This document shows, in pieces, positions 38,601-51,714 of a stretch of DNA of 64,000 nucleotides. Within the stretch, counting starts at the first letter, position 1. Each line of letters starts with the position of its first letter. Made by a program: the position numbers and the translations under genes. This stretch comes from Stylophora pistillata. Its lineage: Eukaryota. The DNA lies in NCBI RefSeq assembly GCF_002571385.2, contig NW_019218008.1:229280-293279 (forward strand). Reading direction: 5' to 3'. The notes beneath the pieces were generated by a model. The model was given only the letters and a program-made list of their open reading frames with translations. It searched no databases and was not told the DNA's origin.

Positions 38601-39910
38601 CCTTGATCCTTGCAGGTGAGCCAGAACTTAAGCAATCGCAGAAAAGAAGCCTGAAAAAAATGTAGACTTGAACCATATCAGATACAAGTTGGGCACTGCT
38701 ACCAACTGAACTACAGTGGAATCCCGATTTCTCAAACCTCCAGGGGAAATGCAAATTGGTTTGAGAAATTGGGGGTGAAATTACAAGTGAAGAAAATCCA
38801 AGGGAAACAAGGTTTGGTTCAAGATATCGCTAAATTTGAGAAACCGAGCGTTCAAGAAATCGGGATTCCACTGTACAAAGCCATACAATGGGAGTGATGC
38901 ACACCTTAGAGGGCTGTAATATCTTTGCATTGGAGGAACTGGATCATAATATTTATTTTAAAAAATGAGACAGTTCCTATCAACCATCATTATTACTACT
39001 TGATCAGTAATTATGAATTTTGCTTAAATGACCAAGAAATTTAAATTTTTTGCCAAAGACAAGCAACAGAAACATGTGTTAAAATTTTGTAAAAGATTCA
39101 TTTTGACAGATAAGGACCACTCATCAACAGAAAGAAACGAAGCATAAAGAATAAAAAGAGAACAGTACCAGTCAGGATATAACAGAATCACAGGTGTCAA
39201 GTGCCAAAGTCACAGAGAAATTTGTTCCCTTAAACTGCCTAAGTTGATTCAAAATGTCTTCCAAAGTGGAGTTGTTCAATGCTTAACTTTACATGTGCAG
39301 ATTATCTCTATTACCATAGGTATATGCGATTTTTTTTTTTTAATCACGGGTAAATATACTTAGAAAACCTTCCGGCAATTTCCACCTGTTAAATTATTAT
39401 GATCTACCAAATAAAACGAAATGAACGTAGAAACATCCGGATTCTGTTTTGAGGATATATTCATTAAAACGAGACTGAACCCTACGGAGTCTAATTGGAA
39501 TGCATATAAATGAGGGTAGGACCTCAATAGCATTGTGAAATATTGAATCAATCAACCATGACTTGAAATTGATTCCCAGTTGATTTATTTTTAAAGCTAA
39601 ACATAATAGAATTATGATAAAAAATTATACTTTATTTTTTAATTCAAAATCCTTAAGATCAAAGTGTATATTGTAAAGAAAGATAATGACAAAACAACCT
39701 CAATCTATAAAATTCTCACCTCGTGAACGCTGAATATACAAGGTAAACAAACAGGCACGCTAAAGCAGTGATGGACCGTGGCTTGTAGAAAAACTCTAGG
39801 CTAATATCTTCCACGATTTGCTCACTGGCATCTTGATAATCGTCGGTGGAGATTGTAGAGGTTGTCGAAAAAGTCCTTTTGCGGCGTCGAGGACCTCGAT
39901 CGTCCGCCAT
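31004..39910 (-). CDS. PTDSS1: Phosphatidylserine synthase 1
   Basis: About 13 exons, from 39910-39720 to 31384-31004. Motifs [101 protein letters not shown] are typical of the PSS1 branch. Confidence 0.93.
33550..33845 (-). mobile_element. tRNA-derived SINE in a PTDSS1 intron
   Basis: Minus-strand head GGAGGCGCGGTGGCCTCATGGTTAGTGCACTCGACTC...GGTTCTAGACCCGG. A degenerate relative lies at ~14830-15060. Confidence 0.7.
37787..38000 (+). mobile_element. tRNA-derived SINE-like repeat
   Basis: A/B-box-like head TAGCTCAATGGATAGAGTG...GGTTCAAGCCC. Its 3' part recurs inverted at ~44015-44083. Confidence 0.6.
38714..38873. mobile_element. Tc1/mariner-pogo type MITE with TA target duplication
   Basis: TA|CAGTGGAATCCCGATTTCT ... 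AGAAATCGGGATTCCACTG|TA. Confidence 0.85.
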
Positions 39911-40019
39911 CTTGTTTGCAATGTAAACTTCCAGCGGGCGTTTAGTGCTCCCGCCAGTCCCTCGCCTTTTAATTTCACTCTCCCCAGACCTAAACTTTTT
40001 CTTTTCGGCCGAAACAAAT
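39911..40019. promoter_or_regulatory. Very compact bidirectional promoter / 5'UTR region shared by PTDSS1 and RPL11, with a TOP/TCT-like pyrimidine tract
   Basis: Divergent ATGs at 39910 (-) and 40020 (+). CTTTTTCTTTTC at 39995-40006 precedes the RPL11 ATG. Confidence 0.7.
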
Positions 40020-40950
40020 ATGGCGGTAAGTTTCTTCTATAAGTGGTTGTAAATAGAATCCGCTTACATCGTTCTCTCTGATGCCCCGAGGTCTTTGAAA
40101 ACATAATATTTCTGTAAAAACATCACTGCTTCATCCTTCTACCTTAGTTTTATTGGACCGAACTGTAGATGTTAACCATAATACAAGAAATAAATCTTGA
40201 TTTTATCCGACGATTGCCACACAAGCAGTGTAGTACGAAACTAAATAGTAATAAATGCCAAGCCAAATCTTCAGTTGACCACTCCGTTCTCAATTATAAC
40301 ACGCTCTAGTTCACTATTGAGCACTCTGAAAGCAGTTTTGCAGATCAACTTGTAATTTATATATATATATATTTTTATCTCTCTTCCGTACTACGAACGT
40401 TTATGTTTTAGTAGTTCAATTTTCAAAAAACCTTTAATTTTCTGGTAGACAAAGTTGATGGGACAACTTGGCTCCTCGTGATGAACTCACAATTGTTTGC
40501 TCAGGCATACTTTGCTCTTTTATTTTTCGCGCAAATGAAAGAAATATAAATTTTACGTACGAATATATGAACTTCATATATTCATTCTATCTCGAAAGAA
40601 ATATTGTGGAATACTATTAAGCACCTGATTATGGACCATAGCACATTTAATACCGTGACTAGGAGAGAAAAATATTAGGAGCTCAAACGGACTCCAAGTT
40701 TTATCATTAAATTTATTTTTTATAAAGATCTGTAAATCTCGGCTCAAACTCATTTTTCAATCAGTTAGTTAAGATAAGTGACAAACTTCTTTCAACCTGT
40801 TTCATATCAACCAGTCTGCACACAGTCCCTCTAGCTAGTTTTTTCCTAGCTATTCCTGTGATTTATTTGTTGCTCTGCTTTTTTATTTTATCATAATTGT
40901 TCAGGATTTCATTTCTAATATATACATATGTAATAATTATTTATAGTTCA

Positions 40951-40985
<35 letters not shown>

Positions 40986-41147
40986 AGTTGTGTGTGTGTC
41001 CTGACCCTAATATTGTAATTCATTCTATGTAATTTGGCTTCCTAGCCTTGTTAACCTTCTAGTTATTTTAGGAAGCCAACACCCTCTTAGTTTTAATTTT
41101 TTTATTTGATGTTAATTTAATCTTCTCAAGAATAAGGGTGAATAAAG

Positions 41148-41182
<35 letters not shown>

Positions 41183-42173
41183 GNNNNNNNNNNNNNNNNN
41201 NNNNNNNNNNNNNNNNNNNNNNNNNNNNNNNNNNNNNNNNNNNNNNNNNNNNNNNNNNNNNNNNNNNNNNNNNNNNNNNNNNNNNNNNNNNNNNNNNNNN
41301 NNNNNNNNNNNNNNNNNNNNNNNNNNNNNNNNNNNNNNNNNNNNNNNNNNNNNNNNNNNNNNNNNNNNNNNNNNNNNNNNNNNNNNNNNNNNNNNNNNNN
41401 NNNNNNNNNNNNNNNNNNNNNNNNNNNNNNNNNNNNNNNNNNNNNNNNNNNNNNNNNNNNNNNNNNNNNNNNNNNNNNNNNNNNNNNNNNNNNNNNNNNN
41501 NNNNNNNNNNNNNNNNNNNNNNNNNNNNNNNNNNNNNNNNNNNNNNNNNNNNNNNNNNNNNNNNNNNNNNNNNNNNNNNNNNNNNNNNNNNNNNNNNNNN
41601 NNNNNNNNNNNNNNNNNNNNNNNNNNNNNNNNNNNNNNNNNNNNNNNNNNNNNNNNNNNNNNNNNNNNNNNNNNNNNNNNNNNNNNNNNNNNNNNNNNNN
41701 NNNNNNNNNNNNNNNNNNNNNNNNNNNNNNNNNNNNNNNNNNNNNNNNNNNNNNNNNNNNNNNNNNNNNNNNNNNNNNNNNNNNNNNNNNNNNNNNNNNN
41801 NNNNNNNNNNNNNNNNNNNNNNNNNNNNNNNNNNNNNNNNNNNNNNNNNNNNNNNNNNNNNNNNNNNNNNNNNNNNNNNNNNNNNNNNNNNNNNNNAACT
41901 AAGTGCTTCAAAATCCCCACTGGCAGGAGGCAGACCAGTGGGCTATTTACAGAGCGCAGCCGAGGAGTTGAATTAGGAGCAACCGAGAACAAATCCAGTG
42001 CGTGTGTGTGTACATGTGTGTGTGTCCCGACCCTAATATTGTAATTCATTCTATGTAATTTGGCTTCCTAGCCTTGTTAACCTTCTAGTTATTTTAGGAA
42101 GCCAACACCCTCTGAGTTTTAATTTTTTTATTTGATGTTAATTTAATCTTCTCAAGAATAAGGGTGAATAAAG

Positions 42174-42211
<38 letters not shown>

Positions 42212-44873
42212 GACACCAATAGCAGTATGAGGTGGTCATATGGTGGGATTATTCATGTGAGAATAGTCCTTAGAAAGGTTTTTGGCAGTAACAGTGACAG
42301 ATTTCTTGACAATCTGAGTAGAAATCACGATAAGAGGCAGTTTTGACCTATGTGCTCCACTAAATCCCCAAAACAGTTGCCTTTGGAAATACAACATATA
42401 TTTGGTTGCAGTTAAGCACAAAGGTTATTCCCATTGTTTGGTTTGACTAACAGGCTCAGGCCAAACAAAATCCCATGAAGGAACTGCAAATCAGGAAGTT
42501 AGTTCTAAACATCTGCGTGGGTGAGAGTGGCGACAGACTGACACGTGCGGCCAAGGTTCTTGAACAGCTAACTGGACAACAGCCAGTGTATTCAAAAGGT
42601 ACAGACAAAGAAATTTAGGAATGAGTAATTTTGTGTCTTGTAGACCCTGTAATTCTCAAAGTCTGATTTATAGAACATAATTTTTTTTTTAGCTCGCTAC
42701 ACTGTGAGGTCTTTTGGAATTAGAAGGAATGAGAAAATTGCAGTTCACTGCACTGTGCGAGGTGCCAAGGCTGAAGAGATCCTGGAGAAAGGATTGAAAG
42801 TGAAGGAGTATGAACTGAACAAGGAGAATTTCTCTACTACAGGTTTGATTTTGGAGAATTTGATTTTTAATCAGGGATTGAAAAACAGTAATGAAAGGCT
42901 TATGGTTAGCAACTCAGCAAACACATAAAGGAACAATAGGGCTCTGAAGCTGCTGGGTAAATAATAGACTAATGTTATACGTTAAATTTTCTTTTTTTGT
43001 CAAATATTGTCACTTGGAGGGGCTGATTGATTTTAAACTGTGTGAATCTCTTTCTCAGACAGTTGAAATGGAAATTCCATGTTAAAGTTATCATAATTTA
43101 AGACATTTTTATCATGAGCATTCTACTTTGTAAAGTCAGAGTTTTTCAATCAAATCAAGGGTTAGACCTTTGGTGTTCTAGGTTCAATGACCTACCATGG
43201 GCACTGATCAACAATTGTGAAAGCAAAAAAAGTGATAATTAACCTACCATCTTTCCCAAACTGTCTCCAAACAGTACAATCACTTAACCCAACTTTGTTG
43301 TTAGGAAACTTTGGCTTTGGAATCCAAGAACACATTGATCTGGGCATCAAGTATGACCCAGGTATTGGTATCTATGGAATGGATTTTTATGTGGTGCTTG
43401 GACGTCCAGGGTTCAATGTGGCCAAGAGAAAAAGAGCCAAGGCTCATGTTGGTGCCCCTCACAAGATATCAAAAGATGAATCTATGAAGTGGTTCCAGCA
43501 GAAGGTATCAGTTATTCCTTTACACCCTGATATCAGTTGCAAGTTCTCCAGACTGTTCTCTACACATCTCTATAGTTCTCTTAAGGGTCAATGGTTAAAT
43601 TCTCTTTCTTGTGAAGTTTTCAGTTGAGTGTGAAAAGAAATGCACAAAAACATTGATTTGAAAAACTTTCTTCTTGGACAAGTTGGTTTTATCAACTGAG
43701 ATGATAATGAAAATTGGTCGTCATGGAGAGTTTTTAAAGCTGACATATATTTGCTCTGACCAACGGCTAATGCTCAAAACATCAGCTTTTAAGGGGGCTT
43801 ATTCACATTATCAACCCAAATGATAAAACCAATTAATCTTGGATTCCTCCCTACTGATACAGTTTAGTTTATAGTTTAGTTTATTAGATTCGCCCACAGG
43901 CAGGGACACCGCAACAGCTTGTGCCAATTACTGCGGCCCAGTAAACCCACCCATCCCACCCCAGGGGAGGACATCCACCACACAGTAATCTCGTGCGTGG
44001 GAAATTAATGTCTCCTACCCCTAAACCTGCAGGAGATGGGGCCTACGGTTTATTCGTCCTTATCCGAGAAGACTAGAATATCTCTCCGTTTCTTGATATA
44101 CAGCTCCACACAGTTTCATAATAGACTTCTTCCCATTATTTCTTTGTTGTTAGTCTCTTCTACAGCTGCTACTAGAGATATGTTTGTCTGTACTGATTTT
44201 GTTTTAATCAGAAGTTTATTGAAAAGCCTTCCTCTTTGCAACAACTTAGCATTATTACCTTCATGAAAATTGAGACAAGACATTGTTCAACAACAACAAA
44301 CAGCACTGGTTTATTTGAACTGTAAAATTACTATAGTTACAAATTAAACGAAATGCATCTAGATAATTCTCTTTTGAATGAATAGGGCATTAGAATCTTA
44401 AATCTCTCATCAGTTTCATTCCATGATATAGCTCCATTGAATCGAATATTAAATTTACCATAGTTTGTTTGAATTTTTGGAACATAAAAAGTAGTCCTAG
44501 TTGCAAAGCAAGTGTTAACATTATACTTATCTGGAGTTTTAATAAAAAATGAGTCAAAATCTTTGGTAATTTGCCGATAAAGAATTGGTGCATGAGGTAA
44601 AGAGTTTGAAGTTTGATATGATCCTCAAGTTTTAGAAGTTTAAGTTGAAAAAACAAATGACTTGTATGAGTATCAAAATCAAAGAAGGTAATTAGACGAA
44701 TCACTTTCTTTCGTATTCTTTGGAGTGTTTTAATATTATGATCATAGGTGTTATCCCAGACTATACAACAAAATGAAACAGTTATTGGTAATAATTATTG
44801 GTAATAATTGTTTTTTTTTTCTTTTTCCTTACAGTTTGATGGAATCCTTCTCAACCCAAAGAAAAAATCCTGA
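40020..44873 (+). CDS. RPL11: 60S ribosomal protein L11 (uL5)
   Basis: Exons 40020-40025 (ATGGCG|gtaagt), 42454-42598, 42693-42842, 43305-43504, 44835-44873. [77 protein letters not shown]; AATAAA at 44881. Confidence 0.96.
40953..42211 (+). repeat. Two direct copies of a (GT)n..AATAAA(GTT)n retroelement-like 3' end flanking an assembly gap
   Basis: 40990-41183 matches 42015-42211. Confidence 0.75.
44285..44765 (-). mobile_element. LINE (CR1/L2-like) 3' fragment in the last RPL11 intron
   Basis: [52 protein letters not shown], frameshifted downstream. Confidence 0.75.
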
Positions 44874-46497
44874 GCTTTGAAATAAACAGAAACTTCCATC
44901 AGACTGTCGTGTGTTGGTTTTTAAACCTGAACCAGTCTCCATATTCTCCATACTGTTCTGTCTCTATTTCCTTTTGTGCTGACAGAAAGAATTGGTTTGA
45001 GAATCAAAGCTTCTTTGGTTGGCCATCATTTCCTTCATTCTCATGATATTAATGAATGAATTAGCAGTGTTATTATAAGGAGAAATTAGATGCTGGTTGC
45101 CCCCTTGGGTTTAAAGGTCTATCAAGTGTCCCACCCAATCCCTGGGCTCTTTTTCTTTTTTTTTTTTTTTCATCTTCACAGTCTTGCATCTAAGATGTCC
45201 TTTTTCTCTAGTCTCACTGATAATGAAATACTATGTGGACATTCCAGATATTCTTAATATTTGTAACAATTTTGTATCCAGTTTTTTCAAGTAAAGAATG
45301 ATCTCACCCAATCAGCTGAAGAAGGCAGCAAAAAGTCTCTCTTGCTAAAGCACCCATCAAGGCGGTGAACATTTGGGTGTTGGGTGTGCTATAAATGTTT
45401 TTAACAGTTGTTTTAAGTATCCAGGGTAGACTTTTTCACTAACCCTTTAGATAGGATCTCATTGTTAGTTCTCCCCTTGAGCTGCTACAGATTTTTTAGC
45501 AACAAGGATGCAGAGGATAAGTTTGAGAATTGTCTTCACCTGTTTGTTGGATAATGTATGGACACTTAAGAGAGAAGCAACGTGTAAATCACTTCTGGAA
45601 GTTGAGGGTTAGGTCATGAAGAGTTTGTTTTTGGAAATAATTCCTACTGGAATACTCTTAGCTGAGGACTTGTCCCAAACTCTTTCTTTGAGTATGTTGA
45701 ATTGTTACTGGGAAGGAACTGATATTTTATTCACTTTGGTAGATTCCCAAAACAGTACTTTAAAATGAACTTTATTGGTTTGTTTTTGGTTGTGGCGTCA
45801 ACATTGCACTCTTAAAACACACTAAATACTGTTTGTTATTGGGAGAATTTTGCTTTTTCATTAGGTAGTATACATTTTTCTGTTAGCTCTTCAACAGCTG
45901 CCAGTCTTCTTAACCTAATTTGTCAGTAAGAAAACCAAACCGCGTTAGTAAACAATGCTATTTTAGCGGAGGAGTGAGAAAACGAATGGGGTCTGGGTCG
46001 GGTCGCGTAATGAACGCGTTTTTTACGCGATCCTACCCACGGCTCCCTCGTTTTTCGCTCTGCTGCAACCGCCGCCCGCGGATTTCGCGCCATTTCACTT
46101 TTGAACATCTAGAATAGGCTACTTGAACTGATGTATGCTTTTTAGCGGGAAGTCTCCAAGAGAGAGATAAAGTTCATGGAAAAGGTCACCAGTTCAAATG
46201 ATAAGATTGGAACTCGTAATTTTTCCAATTGTTGAAATAGTTTGCGGAAAGAGGGATGGAAAGATGGGAAGTCAAAATAACCGTAGACTTGACTGCTTTG
46301 CTGTCAATACTTGAATATACATTTAAAAGACATCACAGCTCGTTTATCAATAGCTTTCAGCACTGAAGTCCACCGAAAACAAACATGTAATTTATGAAAA
46401 AGTGTTTTTTTTTTTTTTGATGACATTATGGTGTTAGGTTTGCCACCATAACCATCCTTCCCACTAACATGTAATTCCGTGTTGTTAGTGAGCGAGC

Positions 46498-49400
46498 TTA
46501 CTCAGCAGTGCTCAGTTCAGTCAGTAATGGTTTCAGCGCTTTGTTGGATCCTTTTGATGTGCCCAGGTAAGACATGATGGCTTTTTTGACATGGTAGCGT
46601 GACTGCTCCGACAAAGTGTTCAATTCTGTCAGGTTCATTCGCTGCCAATCATTCACTGTTCTAGAATGATCTTCTATCATTCTTCTTGCAGCCCTCGTCT
46701 CCTTTAGACGTTGAAGGTCACTTCTGGAAAACAAACACATTCGTGTCATATGTGAAGCTTGTACCTAATTACTATGAAGCTCAGGTGTTAGAGCAGTCCA
46801 AATTCTTGACGTGAACTCGCATTTTTCCTACCCTGCGCTTAGCGGAGCACGACAAGTGCGCCAACGAGTTATTTTTTAAACGTTCATTTTGCACGTTAGA
46901 ATCGCTGCGGCGTACATTACTGCAACCTACTGTGACCACAGTAACTTCCCCTTGCACTCGTTCTGGTCTTTTGCTCTTTTTTACTGGGACTTTTACTCTT
47001 TTTTACTGGGACGGAATACTTAAGTTAGAGTCTGAGAGGGTTAAGACAACATAAAAAGCGTCTTATTGTAGCATGGACGGGGAATTTAGAGGAGAGGAAT
47101 CAACTTACCTGAATGGTTGGACATGAGAGTAGTTCATGTTGAAATGTTGGTACTGTTTTTGTTGGAATCTTGGGTAAGCTACTTTTGGTATCGGAGGGAG
47201 CCTGGTACTGCCTTTACTGCTTTCCTTTCCAGATACGTTTTTGCTCCTAAAACCATAAGAAAAAGAATTATGATTCATTAGTGAAATTGCACTGTAGCTA
47301 GGGCTTTTTAGAGGAGTGTTTAAGAATTTCGGGTTTGTTTGATTAAAATCATGAAACCGTTGTCTTAGCACGACATGTTGGTTTCTCAGCACCCTGGTAC
47401 ATTTATGCAAGCGCATGGCTCACATCTTATTAAAAGAAAGGCCGGCACGTACCAGACTTGAGGCTTGTAAAAACAGGGTGGTGTAACGGAGTCGTATTTG
47501 GGACCTGGGAAACTAAAAGAAAGCTGAGTTAGTAAAGAGAGGCCTGGTGCGTGTTACCTGAAAAAGACGCAAAACAAGAGCGCTTTGCGATCGAATGTCT
47601 CAACAGCCAATCAGAGAACAGGTAAAGATCTCAACAGCCAACCACAACACAGGTAAAGATCTTAAAGCGCCAATGAGAAATACAAACATTTGAAGGAAAT
47701 TGACCAAGTTCTATTTTTGGTTAAAGAGTTGGCGCGAGTTTTGTAGACCAATCACGGAGCGCAGTGAAGTAAAAAACAAAGTGATGCCGGTTACCTTTTG
47801 GCACTCGATCAAACATTTCCATAAAAATCATTAAAGACTTACTGATCCATCCTCCAGGACTCCTCTGGGTCTGAAAGTTCAACAAAACAACCCATTACAT
47901 CATCGATAAATAACTCTTTGAGTGACTCTGATGATGGCTTCCACTCCGAGCGAGAAGCGCCAGTCATTGTAACCCACAACAATCCATTCCAGGACTTTTC
48001 TCAGGTGGATGATCAGACTGCACGATTGAGCGTTATAACATATCTTATATGGAGCATCAAGCATTGAATCTTGTGTTTAGCCCCTTAACTCTACTTAGCC
48101 TCTCTCTCTCTTTCTCTCCCTGATACTTACCGACAAGTCGAAGAGTCGTGGCTCTTGTACCCCACCCCGGACGGGGAACGTAGTCAACCTGCAACCGATA
48201 ATGTAAAAGGGGTATTACAAGATAATTCGGCTTTAGCGACTGAGTTGATAAGCTAAATTTTTCACCGTAAATATTTTCTAAAATTGACGTTTCGAGCGTT
48301 TGCCCTACATTGTCTTTTGCTCTGTGACCTATAGACTTACCCGCATTACTATTAAGAGAGAGAGACTTTTGACCAATGACCGAGCGATAGGGGAGTCACG
48401 ATGATTTTAGAGAAATCCGATTTTAATCAGTCTCCTTTGATCCTTTGATACTATTTTTATTGCATGATAATTATCTACTTACCTGGTCATCGATCATGTA
48501 GTTGACGACGTAAGTATTGTAATATGGCGCAAGATCATTGAAAACATCTGGAGTGTATGGTTTCCTTGAGAAAAGTCGAAAAAAAAAAAAATTCATGATG
48601 AGATCTTTCCGAGGGTTGTAACGGTTTCGAAGAGATCCTTGATAATCACACAGAAAAAGGTAGACTGCAAAAAAAGCTCAAAGAAAAAATATGATATTAT
48701 CTTACAAAGTTAAAAGAATCACCTAAGAACTTACAAGTTGGCGTATAACTTCTAAAGGCTTACTATACTGAAGGTTTACTATACTAAAGGTTTACTATAC
48801 TAAAGGTTTACTATACTAGGGCTTACTATATTAAAATATTGCTATATTAAAGGCTTACTATACTAAAGGCTTAGTGTACTAAAGGCTTACTATACTAAAG
48901 GCTTACTATATTAAAGGCTTACTATGCTAAATCAATAGACTACTCACACTTCCGTTTTGCTGACAAGACTGCTGTTGTTAATCATTTCTTTTTTCACCCG
49001 ATGTAGTTCACAAAGCAGTTGAGAGCGCATGCGTTTCTGTTCTTGTATGGGTTCTTCTTCCTCCGGCTGCTGCATTTCTGGAGCGCCTAAAATGTTACAA
49101 CGACAACACCAAATTAGGAGAATAGACAATTTTTCGCTTCTCATACCAAAACCAAATCCACATAAATTATTTGTGCAATCTACTTTAGAGGAATGTTTTT
49201 CTTGTGTGTTGTGGCCAATCCTCTTGGCACGATACTTTAGTCTTTTCCTTTCCAGTTGTTCTGATTTTTCGCCCCAGCATGCCACTGGTGCTCAGCACGC
49301 GGAAGAATCAAACCTAAGGAGTTGCGTTTATATAATTGGTTCTTATTTATGGTGTATAGGAAGCAGATGCAAATTTGACGTCATCACTGAAAACTTTTTG

Positions 49401-50451
49401 CTTCTTTGTTATATGAAACAAATAGACTCCATGTTGTCGTGGGTCCGTTCAGATACGTCAGAATATGGTAAGAACATTAGTGACACATTCGGCTGGACTG
49501 ACGTCGTGTTCCACTTTTTTGTTTTTACCGCATCAGTGACGTCATCTGTAATCTATTACTGAACAGGCGCACGATAACATGGCTTCCATGTGTTGAGCTT
49601 TCAACTGTTTGCGAGTCTATATCTGTGAGATGTCCGTTGAAATCAAAACTCAAGATTGTTTTTTTTCCAGGTGTTGTTGGCTTATGGATGACACGTGCAT
49701 GGTCCTATGTTGTTCGTAACAAATTAAATTCTTATACTAATTCACAGGTTTGACAATGCAGCTATAAGGTCACACGTTTACTGTCTTTACCGTACACAAG
49801 TTAACATTTTATTTTTGAAATATATGATCAAAGGCAGTTTTATTTAATTTTTTATTTTCATCACAAAGAACAGAAACCACCGAAGTTATTCTGGATGTTG
49901 AAGAAATAAGTAATTTGTTTGGTGTTCGACGACAGAAAATTTAATTACTATATAGTAAGGAATAGAAGTAAAGGGGGAAAATGTACGTCTCGCAAAAACT
50001 AACATGAATATTTTTAACGGGGCAGAGGTCAGAGACAGTAATAACAGCAGGTTTCTCTTCAAAACTTTGATGAAATAATAATTGTTTACTGTTTGTGAAA
50101 AGGAATACTTTGACATGGCCGAAAAAGTAATTGTTTGTTCTTGACAAGAAATTTGGAACAACAAACATGTAAAATCAACCTACGTTACTGAGTTGAAAGA
50201 AGTGTGGGTAACACACAAACAAAACTTGATTAACTTTTTTTAACCAACGGAAAAAACTTGCCTAGTTGTTATTTCTAGTTGGCGAGACATTAGAAAAAAG
50301 TCGTGTGGCGCCTTTCATCATCAAGGCATACTTAACAAGTTCTTGAATGTAAACATTTATCGATTATCGTGTCGCTACTCAAACTGAAGAGATATTAAAT
50401 CCTCATTACATCTAAACATTCTTTACCTTGTGTTGAAGCTTCATCAGCCAT
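46498..50451 (-). CDS. Uncharacterised protein, paralog 1 (~251 aa, 8 exons)
   Basis: Phase-consistent exons 50451-50427, 49086-48948, 48564-48483, 48188-48131, 47870-47843, 47512-47453, 47246-47109, 46723-46498. The model is supported by exon-by-exon homology to the neighbouring paralog. Confidence 0.8.
48750..48930. repeat. 17-bp minisatellite (CTAAAGGCTTACTATA[CT], ~10 units)
   Basis: Head-to-tail units with no spacers. Confidence 0.9.
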
Positions 50452-50737
50452 CGTATTTCAACTTTGACTGACCTGCGAAAGAATTTCCTTTGCTAAAACT
50501 TGAAAATATTATTCGCAAACAATTCAACTGTTGTGGTATCACTTACATTACAAACTCGCAAAGCAGACTTACTTCTCTGCAAATTGGAGGCAAAAAGATG
50601 TTTTACTAATCAAAACATGTTTGTTGAAAACTAAAACTCACCCAAAATAACAAAGAAAGGAACAAATAAGTTTGCAGAAATGTTGTGCTGCTGTAAGAGT
50701 ACTTCAATTCTTTTTAAGCTCTTTGCTCCTCAGACTG

Positions 50738-50751
50738 GTTTCTATGGAGAT
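50738..50751. promoter_or_regulatory. RFX X-box-like motif upstream of paralog 1
   Basis: GTTTCT-AT-GGAGAT, ~290 bp 5' of the ATG at 50451. Confidence 0.4.
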
Positions 50752-51714
50752 CACAGTCTAACAGGTCCCTTGGGGCTGTTACAGTAATCATAGGTGTGTG
50801 TTTGCATATCAATTGAACGGATATTAAATATTCAAACAAAAGAAACTCGTATACTCTCGCGGTCTGGCATTGTTTCAACCCAATAAACGTTCAAACAATG
50901 CGATTACTTTTAGTCCCAGTATTCTTGAATTCACGTTAACTTTGTTGTTTTTCCTAAGGAGGAACAGTCAACGTGAAAAGGTCTGATCAAGTAAAGAAAC
51001 TAAAAGAATAACTGTTTCATTTGTAAACCAGTTTGTAAAATTATGTACACACATAAGAAGGAATTTAATGAAGAAATTAAAAGAAGTGAATCTAGCCCAA
51101 AGCACAGAATGAAACTTACAGCCGATCGTATTTCACATCAAATGAATATAAACAAAGATATCGTTTTGAAATTCAGAGGATGAACTGTATATTACCAAAT
51201 ACAACATTAATTTTAATTTCTTTTTCCTCATTATCACTCGCATAGCTCTGTGCGTGGAAAACCGAAATTAAGGTAATTGTTACCGGGTCGTAGTTGAGTA
51301 CATATATAAATCTATAGCTCTCGGCTTTGTTAAATTCATAAATTTTACACAAAAGGGCTTTGAAAATTATAACAGGCATAAATGTTGCAAACACTCTTCT
51401 CTATGAATGGTTTCTACAAATGGTTCAAAAGATATTTCTGAAAATGACAGAAAGAAGTCTCGACTTCGTCATTACTCGTAAGTATTCCGAAGTGTGGCTG
51501 TCGACCTCGACAATACTCGTCGGTCCTTGGAAGGGTTGAGACTTTCACACTTTTCAATATCTTAATAGCAAAAAATTGACGTACGTGGCGGATATTGAGT
51601 TTACGTTGATGACTAAACTGTGACAAAAATGGTGATCCAAACGTGGCTTGTTCATGTACTGCTGTTACAACAACACTCGTGATGATTTAATAATTTAAGA
51701 CTCCAGAAAAACTC

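Noticed and set aside
41126-42049. Long ORFs spanning N runs (also ~18.7-19.0 kb, 54.4-55.1 kb, 57.9-58.9 kb)
   Set aside because: Artefacts of assembly gaps.
40990-42211. Tandem duplication in RPL11 intron 1 as a biological novelty
   Set aside because: Near-identical copies flanking a gap and microsatellites are most simply an assembly overlap or repeat artefact.
42843-43304. Intronic snoRNA in RPL11
   Set aside because: Only partial C/D-like words (ATGAAAG...CTGA); no convincing RUGAUGA box or H/ACA architecture.
47105-47557. Apparent bicistronic exon (short ORF stop followed by ORF 47416-47105)
   Set aside because: Resolved into ordinary exons 47512-47453 and 47246-47109 of one gene, confirmed by equal-phase exons in the paralog.
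48750-48930. CRISPR-like arrays (also 21786-21884)
   Set aside because: Head-to-tail minisatellites without unique spacers, in a eukaryotic context.
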